Of a DNA stretch of 42,338 bases, positions 34,611 to 42,236 are shown piece after piece. How positions within the stretch are numbered: the first letter of the stretch is position 1; every line of letters begins with the position of its first letter. A program made the position numbers and the translations under genes. Source of the DNA: Parcubacteria group bacterium GW2011_GWC1_36_108 (lineage in GTDB: Bacteria; Patescibacteriota; Minisyncoccia; Moranbacterales; GWC2-37-73); the NCBI GenBank assembly GCA_000991245.1, contig LBRD01000001.1:135467-177804 (forward strand), in the 5' to 3' direction. The notes beneath the pieces are model-generated. The model did no database searches and was not told where the DNA came from. It was given only the letters and a program-made list of their open reading frames with translations.

Positions 34611-37541
34611 CTAAGTTATACTCTTCGGCTTCAAAACCTGCCGCAGATATTTGGCGGTGTAACTTTCTTTGTAATATTTGATAACTTCTTCTGGTGGACC
34701 CGTTACGACAATTTTTCCACCGCCATCGCCACCTTCAGGTCCCATATCAATAATCCAATCTGCCGTTTTAATCACGTCCATATTGTGTTCAATAACAACC
34801 ACGGTATTTCCTGCATCAACAAGACGATTGAGCACGGTTAAAAGTTTTTTAATATCATCAAAATGAAGACCGGTGGTTGGTTCATCTAAAATATACAAAG
34901 TGTCTCCTGTTGCGCGACGAGAAAGTTCCGAGGCAAGTTTTATTCTTTGCGCTTCGCCTCCAGAAAGGGTGGTTGCGCTTTGTCCAAGTTCAATGTACCC
35001 CAAGCCAACTTCTTCGAGGACTTTTAACGGTTCATAAATTTTTGAAAGTGCACCAAAAAATTCCACACCTTCTGAAACTGTCATCGCTAGCACTTCAGAA
35101 ATATTCTTGCCTTTATATTTAACTTGTAAAGTCTCACTATTATATCTTTTGCCACTACAAACATCGCACGGCAAATAAACGTCAGGCATAAATTGCATTT
35201 CGATTTTAAGATATCCTTCACCACTGCAATTGTCGCAACGTCCGCCAGCCACATTGAATGAAAATCTACCCGGACCATATCCTCTAAGCTTAGCATCTTT
35301 TGTCTGCGCAAACAGTTCGCGAATATGAGTGAAAAGACCAGTGTAAGTGGCAGGATTTGAGCGCGGCGTACGACCAATCGGAGATTGATCAATCATAATA
35401 ACTTTATTGATATTTTCGATTCCAATAATTTCATTATGTTTCGCAGGCACATCAAGTGCACGATGCAATTTGTTGGCCAATGCCTTGTACAAAGTTTCTT
35501 CTACCAATGTTGATTTTCCACTGCCAGAAACTCCAGTAACACAAGTAAAAACCTTAAGTGGAAATTCCACTGTCACATTTTTAAGATTATGTTCACTTGC
35601 TCCACGCACCGTGATGCTTCTTTTTCTTTTCATTTGCCTTCTAAATTTTGGAATTTCAATTTCAAGCTCGTGGCGTAAATATTTTCCCGTCAATGATTTT
35701 GGATTATTAATAACATCTTGGGGCAATCCTTGTGCCACAATCTCGCCACCATGCTTTCCAGCTCCTGGTCCAATATCCACCAACCAATCAGCAGAGCGCA
35801 TCATTTCCTCGTCATGTTCAATCACAATCAAGGTATTACCTATTTGTTGTAGTTGTCTTAATGTTTCAATAAGTTTCGCATTATCACGAGCATGTAGTCC
35901 AATAGAAGGCTCATCTAAGATATATAAAACTCCAACCAATTGTGATCCAATTTGAGATGCTAAACGTATTCTCTGCGATTCTCCACCAGACAAAGAATAT
36001 GCTGCTCGACCAAGAGTCAGATAATCCAAACCAACATTATTCAAGAAAACTAAGCGCGCAACAATTTCTTTTAAAATTCTACCAGCAATCAATTCCTCTC
36101 TGGTAGTTATTTTTAAATTTTTGAAAAATTCTATACATTGCCAAATACTAAGCGCTGAAATTTCATAAATATTTTTACCCCCAACACTAACAAGCAAGAC
36201 ATCACTTTTATATCTTGTTCCCTTGCAAGTCGAACAAGGTTTTTGCGACATATATTTTTCAATGTCAGTGCGCACTGCATCAGAAGTTGTCGTGCGATAT
36301 CTTTCCTGTAACCACGCCACCACACCCTTCCAACGCACATTATAATGACCGCTGCCACTTTTGAAGTGATATTTAACTTTTATCAAATCCTCATCCTCAG
36401 TTCCATACAACAAAATATCAATTTTATCTTTTGATAAATCCCGAAGTCTTTTATTATCTGGAATACTGTAATATTGCGCAACAGCCTTAAGTACTGTTCC
36501 TTGATAGTTATTAGGTTTAAAACTCCAAGGCATAATAGCTCCTTCACCGATAGTTTTGTTTAGATCTGGCATAACACGCGCAGGATCAATTTCTTTTTTC
36601 ATACCCAATCCTTCGCAACCTTCACAAGCGCCATAGGGGGAATTAAAAGAAAAAAGACGCGGCTCCATTTCAGGAAATTCAATATCATGAATAGGACAAG
36701 ATAAATTCTGATTAAAAATCTGCTCTACTGCACATATATCATCAACTTTTTTATTTTTTGAAATTTTAGATTTTAATCCTAATTCCTCATTCCTAATTCC
36801 TAATTTCTGTCCTATGCATTTTACCTTCACAATCCCGTGCGAAAGTCTGAGTGCTTTTTCAACTCCTTCAAAAATTCTACTGAGATTTTCTTCATTAACA
36901 GCAATATTGTCAACAATAATATCAATGCTGTGTTTATTATATCTCCCTAATTTTATATCTTTAAAGTTTTCTAATCTTTCCAATTTTCCATCCACAATTG
37001 CCTCTGAATAACCACGTTTCCACATATCATCCAACATAGATAAGTATTCACCTTTTCTTTCGCGTACAATTGGCGAAGAAATTTCAATTATTTGCGATTT
37101 GCTTTTTCCACCCATGTCCAAAATTCTGTCCACAATTTCATCAGTGGAAAGTTTTGAAATTTCTCGTCCGCAAATACTACAATGAGGTATCCCGACTTTA
37201 GCAAAAAGAAGTCTTAAATAATCATGAATCTCAGTGACTGTCCCAACAGTTGATCGCGGATTATGAGAAGTCGATTTTTGATCTATAGAAATAGCTGGCG
37301 AAAGTCCCTGGATATAATCAACATCAGGTTTATCCATTTGCCCTAAAAATTGTCTGGCATAACTTGATAAACTTTCCAGATATCGTCTTTGTCCTTCAGC
37401 AAAAATAGTATCGAATGCCAAAGTTGATTTTCCGCTCCCTGAAAGACCTGTAAAAACAATGAATTTGTTCCTAGGCAATTCCAGATCAATATTTTTTAGG
37501 TTATGCTCACGCGCACCCTTGATGATTATTTTATCTTCCAT
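34611..37541 (-). CDS. uvrA: Excinuclease ABC subunit A (the canonical-looking copy)
   Basis: The start at M51 of the track ORF (MEDKIIIKGAREHNLKNI) gives 976 aa. AEGQRRYLESLSSYARQFLGQMDKPDVDYIQGLSPAISIDQKS is close to the classical UvrA pattern. Two ABC modules and the zinc motifs are present. Confidence 0.95.
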   Translation of the reverse strand: MEDKIIIKGAREHNLKNIDLELPRNKFIVFTGLSGSGKSTLAFDTIFAEGQRRYLESLSSYARQFLGQMDKPDVDYIQGLSPAISIDQKSTSHNPRSTVGTVTEIHDYLRLLFAKVGIPHCSICGREISKLSTDEIVDRILDMGGKSKSQIIEISSPIVRERKGEYLSMLDDMWKRGYSEAIVDGKLERLENFKDIKLGRYNKHSIDIIVDNIAVNEENLSRIFEGVEKALRLSHGIVKVKCIGQKLGIRNEELGLKSKISKNKKVDDICAVEQIFNQNLSCPIHDIEFPEMEPRLFSFNSPYGACEGCEGLGMKKEIDPARVMPDLNKTIGEGAIMPWSFKPNNYQGTVLKAVAQYYSIPDNKRLRDLSKDKIDILLYGTEDEDLIKVKYHFKSGSGHYNVRWKGVVAWLQERYRTTTSDAVRTDIEKYMSQKPCSTCKGTRYKSDVLLVSVGGKNIYEISALSIWQCIEFFKNLKITTREELIAGRILKEIVARLVFLNNVGLDYLTLGRAAYSLSGGESQRIRLASQIGSQLVGVLYILDEPSIGLHARDNAKLIETLRQLQQIGNTLIVIEHDEEMMRSADWLVDIGPGAGKHGGEIVAQGLPQDVINNPKSLTGKYLRHELEIEIPKFRRQMKRKRSITVRGASEHNLKNVTVEFPLKVFTCVTGVSGSGKSTLVEETLYKALANKLHRALDVPAKHNEIIGIENINKVIMIDQSPIGRTPRSNPATYTGLFTHIRELFAQTKDAKLRGYGPGRFSFNVAGGRCDNCSGEGYLKIEMQFMPDVYLPCDVCSGKRYNSETLQVKYKGKNISEVLAMTVSEGVEFFGALSKIYEPLKVLEEVGLGYIELGQSATTLSGGEAQRIKLASELSRRATGDTLYILDEPTTGLHFDDIKKLLTVLNRLVDAGNTVVVIEHNMDVIKTADWIIDMGPEGGDGGGKIVVTGPPEEVIKYYKESYTAKYLRQVLKPKSIT
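36776..36810. repeat. Degenerate heptamer array (attccta-type, 5 units) inside uvrA2
   Basis: aatccta attcctc attccta attccta atttctg. It encodes QKLGIRNEELGL. Confidence 0.8.
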
Positions 37542-37622
37542 AAATTTTATTAGAAATGCAAAAACCTTCCCCTTTTGAGGTACTAAAATTACTACGCTAA
37601 ACCATTCTATTACTTTCCATAC

Positions 37623-37651
37623 ACTATACGACAAAGCTTCAAATTTATCAA
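37623..37651 (-). promoter_or_regulatory. Candidate sigma-70 promoter of uvrA2
   Basis: The minus strand reads TTGATA (37651-37646), a 17-nt spacer, then TATAGT (37628-37623), about 80 nt upstream of the ATG at 37541. Confidence 0.5.
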
Positions 37652-37654
37652 TAC

Positions 37655-37839
37655 AAAAAGCAAGGGCATGAAATTTACACCGTTGTGACATGCGTAGGTA
37701 AAATACAAGCGATGAGCGTTAAAAAATTTTGAAACGTAGCGCCCGCCAGTAGGCGTAGGCGCGCAGTGTAAATTTTAGCGAAGAGTGAAGTATTTGCCCC
37801 AGCAATGAGCAAGGTGTAAATTTTATGCCCTTGCTTTTT
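37655..37839. repeat. 27-bp inverted repeats (26 of 27 match) bracketing 131 bp with an internal GC-rich hairpin. Either MITE-like or a structured element.
   Basis: The left arm aaaaagcaagggcatgaaatttacacc (37655-37681) faces the right arm ggtgtaaattttatgcccttgcttttt (37813-37839). A third partial copy, agtgtaaatttta, is at 37765-37777. An internal hairpin gcgcc-cgcc-agta-ggcg-ta-ggcgc lies at about 37740-37764. Confidence 0.7.
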
Positions 37840-37845
37840 CCTAAC

Positions 37846-37877
37846 GAAAAAGAGGAGCCATTAGCTCCTCTTTTTTT
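37846..37877 (-). terminator. Bidirectional terminator after the DsbA-like gene
   Basis: aaaaa-agaggagc-catta-gctcctct-tttttt. Confidence 0.7.
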
Positions 37878-37894
37878 AAACAGTAGAATAAACT

Positions 37895-39001
37895 CTAATT
37901 CGCTGGTGTTGCGCAAGATGCAGCAGATGCAGCCCCTCCTGCTGCAGCAGCCTCATCATCAAATCCAGCTGCAGGAGATGTGGCAGATAATTTTGCCTGA
38001 CATTCCTTTGGTTGAGTTGTAAATCCTGAACAAATAGCTTTCAAAACGCTTGCGCTATCGCGACCAGATGAAACAGTTGTTCCATTAATCACAAGTGTTG
38101 GAGAACCTTGCACTCCAAATTTCACAGTTTCTTCCTTGTTCAATCCCATCGCTTTTTCTGTTGGATTAAATTCCTTGTTGGTATCAGCAACACAAGTTGC
38201 GACACTAGCAGCATTAACCCCTGCAGTTTTCATACAAGCAGCCGCCGTACCTTTGCTGTCTTTCCAAAAACATTTTAGATAATTGTTCAACTTAGTTGGC
38301 TGTGTTTTTCCAATGCAATATTGATTAACATTTTCAGTAACTTCTTTTTGTCCGTGCAAAGTATAATCAACAAATTTTACATTGAATTTTATTTTTGCTC
38401 CAAGCGCTTCAACTGCTGGTAAAACACCTCTTTCCATTTGAAGTCCATATGGGCAATAACTCATCACAAACAAGTCAACAACTGGCACATCGGTTTTGTT
38501 TTCAGCTTCTGTTTTTTCAGGAGCTTGCGCTTGAGCATTTGGATCAGCTGGTTTTTGATCCAAATCGATAACGCCTTGTGCTTGGATAAGCTTTTTCCCA
38601 TCACGAGTTACAAAAATTGGAATTTCCTGCTTATCTACAGTAACTGTAATTTTATATAAATCCCCCTCTTTATTAATATCTTTAATCCCAGTCTTTGCTG
38701 TTGCTGGTACATTTTCACTCAAAAATTTCTCCACCTTAGTTTTCACAGCCTCTGGACCAAGATCTATCTTTTCTCGATATTGCTTGTATCCGTAGCTTCC
38801 CGCAATCAAAAGCAATAAAATAACAACAGCAGCTATAATACCTTTGTTTTTGCAATTAATTTTACATGGACCATTTCCACAACATCTTTTTTTCATTTTT
38901 TCAACAAAAGAAACTTTTTTTCCTGCCTCCCCGGCAGATAAATCAACTTTTGTTTCTGACGCTTCCAATATTTTGTCTTCTACTTTGTTTTCATTTTCCA
39001 T
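37895..39001 (-). CDS. Membrane-anchored thioredoxin-fold (DsbA-like) protein with a single-Cys CPYG site
   Basis: The ATG at 39001 gives MENENK. There is a Cys-rich cytoplasmic stretch (KKRCCGNGPCKINCKNKG), one TM, then FVMSYCPYGLQ ... GVQGSPTLVINGTTV, which is typical of a DsbA/thioredoxin fold. Confidence 0.7.
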   Translation of the reverse strand: MENENKVEDKILEASETKVDLSAGEAGKKVSFVEKMKKRCCGNGPCKINCKNKGIIAAVVILLLLIAGSYGYKQYREKIDLGPEAVKTKVEKFLSENVPATAKTGIKDINKEGDLYKITVTVDKQEIPIFVTRDGKKLIQAQGVIDLDQKPADPNAQAQAPEKTEAENKTDVPVVDLFVMSYCPYGLQMERGVLPAVEALGAKIKFNVKFVDYTLHGQKEVTENVNQYCIGKTQPTKLNNYLKCFWKDSKGTAAACMKTAGVNAASVATCVADTNKEFNPTEKAMGLNKEETVKFGVQGSPTLVINGTTVSSGRDSASVLKAICSGFTTQPKECQAKLSATSPAAGFDDEAAAAGGAASAASCATPAN

Positions 39002-39158
39002 AAAATACAACTAATTAATGCTTAAAATTATTTAGATATTTAACACTTAACCCATTTTACAGGGCTATTCGAAATAACACAAGGCAATAAAAAAAGACCC
39101 CTTACTATTTCTATAGCTCGAGGTCGCTTTTTTGTTGAGCACTGAACAACGGTTGCCT

Positions 39159-39593
39159 CTACATTGAAACATCCTCGTTTAGAAGCGCTACTGGATGAAT
39201 CTCGCACATACTGACGTCCAACCATAATAGACTGGCATGATATCGTCCATTTATTTCCCGAATTAACTGCCGCACATGAAGACTCTTGTCATATGCTTCA
39301 AAAATAGGGTCCAAGAAAACCAGACTATTCCATTCCGCACGAATACATGCAGGGTTCTCCAGCAGAAAATCGAGAATATTACCATGAACAGCTTGGATCG
39401 AGCGCAATGGATACAATTCAAGCAATTTTCTGCCAAGAATTCCTCCGCACCTTCTTTGTTCTTTAAAAAGGAATGGTTTTATCATGGCTGGATTCCAGAC
39501 CAAAATACCACCTTCAACATGCTCTTTAAGCGTCATACCTCCAGGAACAAACGGAACACCAGCGCAATTTATTGCATTCTTATTCTCAGTCAT
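39159..39593 (-). CDS. Hypothetical 144-aa protein (orphan, relatively G+C-rich)
   Basis: The ATG at 39593 is preceded by the strong RBS GAGGAGGAGGA. The track ORF extends further, to 39677. No motif recognised. Confidence 0.55.
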   Translation of the reverse strand: MTENKNAINCAGVPFVPGGMTLKEHVEGGILVWNPAMIKPFLFKEQRRCGGILGRKLLELYPLRSIQAVHGNILDFLLENPACIRAEWNSLVFLDPIFEAYDKSLHVRQLIREINGRYHASLLWLDVSMCEIHPVALLNEDVSM

Positions 39594-39711
39594 GTCCTCC
39601 TCCTCTCGGTTAGATGCTTCCTGTTTATATAAAACTGCCTTTATTTTTAAATAACACAAGTCAATGTAATATATCAATTATAAGCTATTTGTCAAAGATT
39701 TAAAATAAAAA

Positions 39712-41670
39712 TTATTTCAGCTGCAATTTCCGCAAAGTTGAAATCTCATCGCGGATAAGGGCGGCTTTTTCAAATTCCATTGAACGGGCGGCATTTTTCA
39801 TCTCTTTCTCTTTTTGTTTAATATACCCAGCGATGTCTTCCAATGATTCCAGACGAGAAAAATCAAGCGGTATTTCAGGATTTATTTCGTGATCCACGAT
39901 TGATTTAATATTTTTTTCAATTGTTTTAGGAGTAATGTGATGTTTTTTATTATATTCTGCTTGAATTTTTCTACGTCTATTTGTTTCATCAATCGCCCGC
40001 TTCATTGAACCAGTAATGTTGTCTGCATACAGAATAACACGGCCATTAATATTTCTGGCAGCTCGTCCAATTGTTTGAATAAGCGAGGTTTCACTCCGCA
40101 AAAAGCCTTCCTTATCAGCATCCAAAATTGCTACCGAAGAAACTTCGGGAAGATCCAAACCTTCGCGCAAAAGATTAACCCCCACCAACACATCAAAATC
40201 TCCTTTACGAAGTCCTTGCAAAATAAGCACGCGATCCAATGTATCCACATCTGAATGCAAATATTCGCAGCGCACACCATGTTCTTTCAAAAATTCCGAA
40301 AGGTCTTCTGCCATCTTTTTTGTAAGTGCAGTAATAAGCACTCGCTCTTTTTTTGCGACAACTTTTTCAATTTCAGCCAGCACATCTTTCACTTGACCCT
40401 TAGCTGATTTAATAATAATTTCCGGATCAAGCAATCCAGTTGGTCGAATTATCTGCTGCGCCACACTACTTGAATGCTCTTTCTCATAAGCTGCTGGCGT
40501 GGCTGTGGTAAAAATCATTTGATTAATACGCTCTTCAAATTCAGGAAATTTAAGCGGCCTGTTATCATATGCACTTGGCAAACGAAAACCATTTTCAATA
40601 AGTGCGTTTTTTCGAGAACGATCACCAGCATACATTGCATTTAATTGAGGAATTGTCACATGCGATTCATCAATGATCATCAAAAAATCTTTTGGGAAAT
40701 AATCCACCAAAGTATACGGCGGCTCTCCAGCCTCGCGCTCAGTCAAATAGCGCGAATAATTTTCAATTCCATTGCAATATCCAACTTCGCGCATCATCTC
40801 CAAATCTTGTTTGGTACGCCTTTCAATTCTTTCGGCCTCCAATAATTTATTATTATCTCTAAAATATTTCACGCGCTCTTTAGCCTCCCTTTCAATTTCA
40901 CCTAGCGCTTCTTTCATTACAGGTTCCGGTACCACAAAATGTTTAGCTGGATATATCAGGGTTTTTTCAAGCTCACCCAATTTTTCTCCTGTCAAAAAAT
41001 CATATTCATAAATACGAGCAACCTTGCCTTCTTTCAATTCAATGCGCGTGACAATTTCTCGACTCGGCGTCATCACCTCAATCGTGTCACCTGTCACTCT
41101 AAATTTTCCACGCGCCAAAACATCGCTGCGATGATATTGCATATCAATCATTCCTTTCATCAACTCCTCACGATTTTGTTTTGCACCGACAATAACCTCA
41201 GCTGTTCCTTCACGATAATAATCCGGTGAACCTAATCCATAAATACATGAAACTGACGCCACGATGATTACATCTCGTCTCGACAAAAGTCCGCTAGTGG
41301 CAGCGTGACGCAAGCGATCAATCTCTTCATTTATTTGCACTTCTTTTTCAATATAAGTATCAGACGAAGAAATATAAGCCTCTGGTTGATAATAGTCGTA
41401 ATATGAAACAAAATATTCCACTGCATTTTTTGGAAAAAAGGTTCGAAACTCTTGCACTAATTGCGCCGCCAAAGTTTTATTCGGCGCAATCACCAAGGTC
41501 GGCTTCTGCACATGCTCAATCACATTCGCCATCGTAAAAGTTTTTCCAGAACCTGTTACCCCCATCAATGTTTGAAATTTTTCCCTATGTTCCAAGCCAT
41601 AGATAAGAGCCTCAATCGCACTTGGTTGATCACCTGCAGGCGTAAATTTTTTATCCAGTTCAAATTTCAT
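39712..41670 (-). CDS. uvrB: Excinuclease ABC subunit B
   Basis: 652 aa with Walker A GVTGSGKT, DESH, helicase motifs, and a C-terminal UVR domain (MEFEKAALIRDEISTLRK). Confidence 0.97.
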   Translation of the reverse strand: MKFELDKKFTPAGDQPSAIEALIYGLEHREKFQTLMGVTGSGKTFTMANVIEHVQKPTLVIAPNKTLAAQLVQEFRTFFPKNAVEYFVSYYDYYQPEAYISSSDTYIEKEVQINEEIDRLRHAATSGLLSRRDVIIVASVSCIYGLGSPDYYREGTAEVIVGAKQNREELMKGMIDMQYHRSDVLARGKFRVTGDTIEVMTPSREIVTRIELKEGKVARIYEYDFLTGEKLGELEKTLIYPAKHFVVPEPVMKEALGEIEREAKERVKYFRDNNKLLEAERIERRTKQDLEMMREVGYCNGIENYSRYLTEREAGEPPYTLVDYFPKDFLMIIDESHVTIPQLNAMYAGDRSRKNALIENGFRLPSAYDNRPLKFPEFEERINQMIFTTATPAAYEKEHSSSVAQQIIRPTGLLDPEIIIKSAKGQVKDVLAEIEKVVAKKERVLITALTKKMAEDLSEFLKEHGVRCEYLHSDVDTLDRVLILQGLRKGDFDVLVGVNLLREGLDLPEVSSVAILDADKEGFLRSETSLIQTIGRAARNINGRVILYADNITGSMKRAIDETNRRRKIQAEYNKKHHITPKTIEKNIKSIVDHEINPEIPLDFSRLESLEDIAGYIKQKEKEMKNAARSMEFEKAALIRDEISTLRKLQLK

Positions 41671-41678
41671 AGTAATTA

Positions 41679-41707
41679 ATATTACAACTGAAAACTAAAA
41701 ATGTCCA
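41679..41707 (-). promoter_or_regulatory. Candidate uvrB promoter (very short leader)
   Basis: The minus strand reads TGGACA (41707-41702), a 17-nt spacer, then TAATAT (41684-41679). The -10 box ends 8 nt before the ATG. Confidence 0.4.
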
Positions 41708-41718
41708 CTGAAATCAGT

Positions 41719-41748
41719 TTGACAATGATTCATATAAATTGATAAAAT
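41719..41748 (+). promoter_or_regulatory. Strong sigma-70-type promoter driving the plus-strand G+C-rich unit
   Basis: TTGACA (41719-41724), an 18-nt spacer, then TAAAAT (41743-41748) with an upstream TG (41740-41741), i.e. an extended -10. Confidence 0.55.
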
Positions 41749-41754
41749 AAAAAT

Positions 41755-42236
41755 ACAAAGTTGTTATCTTGCAAAGGAGAAAATAACCATGGAGTGGCCA
41801 ATAGTGTAATTACTCTATTTTATTTCTCAAAAGTCGCTTATCTCATCAAAGGAGGTGCAATATGAAAGAAAGAGGGTTCCAAGACAGAGACCCAACAGAA
41901 GCACGACCCAATGGCGATGGTTAAATTACGAGCTGATTTCCGAGTTGTTATCACTCAAAGGAGGAAACCACTATGCTCAGTGTGCAAATCGTAGCAATCG
42001 CGTAGAACATCGAGCGAGGCAGCTGGAGCCGAGGAGACTGCCAACCAGATTTTATCCATAGCATGGAGGATTGACAGAACCAGCAAATTCATAAGAGGAT
42101 TGCAACACAAGGACATAGCAATATCGGGCGAAACAAGAAGTCGCGAGTATCTGCCTCAACGAAGGCACAGTGCAAAAAACGCGCGCGACAAAAAACTCTG
42201 CCCACTTAAGGCGCTTTCCATTGCGAAAGCGCCTTT
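41755..42236 (+). ncRNA. Candidate novel non-coding or multi-mini-ORF RNA of about 480 nt. Class unknown.
   Basis: It is bounded by the promoter above and an 11-bp GC-rich hairpin at 42208-42235. It is visibly more G+C-rich than its surroundings and has no credible long ORF. It contains three ttatc-N-caaaggag modules, two cat-gaggattg-ca modules and at least 8 GGA motifs. Confidence 0.4.
42208..42235 (+). terminator. Strong hairpin closing the G+C-rich unit (no clean U-run)
   Basis: aaggcgctttc-cattgc-gaaagcgcctt. No T-run follows immediately on plus. On minus, a T-run begins only about 12 nt later. Confidence 0.45.

Noticed and set aside
37542-37691. N-terminal 50-aa extension of uvrA2 in the ORF track. 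The same applies to the rsmI extension (22906-23022), the argS extension (22147-22182) and the extension of the 144-aa gene (39594-39677).
   Set aside because: Canonical protein N-termini begin at the internal Met codons. The uvrA2 extension covers a promoter and an inverted-repeat arm, and the argS extension covers a terminator hairpin.
41855-42061. 68-aa ORF inside the G+C-rich unit.
   Set aside because: Its GTG start sits inside the GGAGGTG Shine-Dalgarno-like motif. The product is Arg-rich and looks like an out-of-frame read. The ORF is crossed by better-positioned mini-ORFs. I treat it as non-coding or pseudogenic.
41755-42236. Whether the G+C-rich unit is RNase P RNA, tmRNA or SRP RNA.
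   Set aside because: I found ACAGAAC and GAGGAAA fragments. I did not find the conserved GAGGAAAGUCC / ACAGAANNCGGCUUA pair of RNase P, a tRNA-like T-arm or CCA-end context for tmRNA, or an SRP domain IV motif. Only a covariance-model search can settle this.
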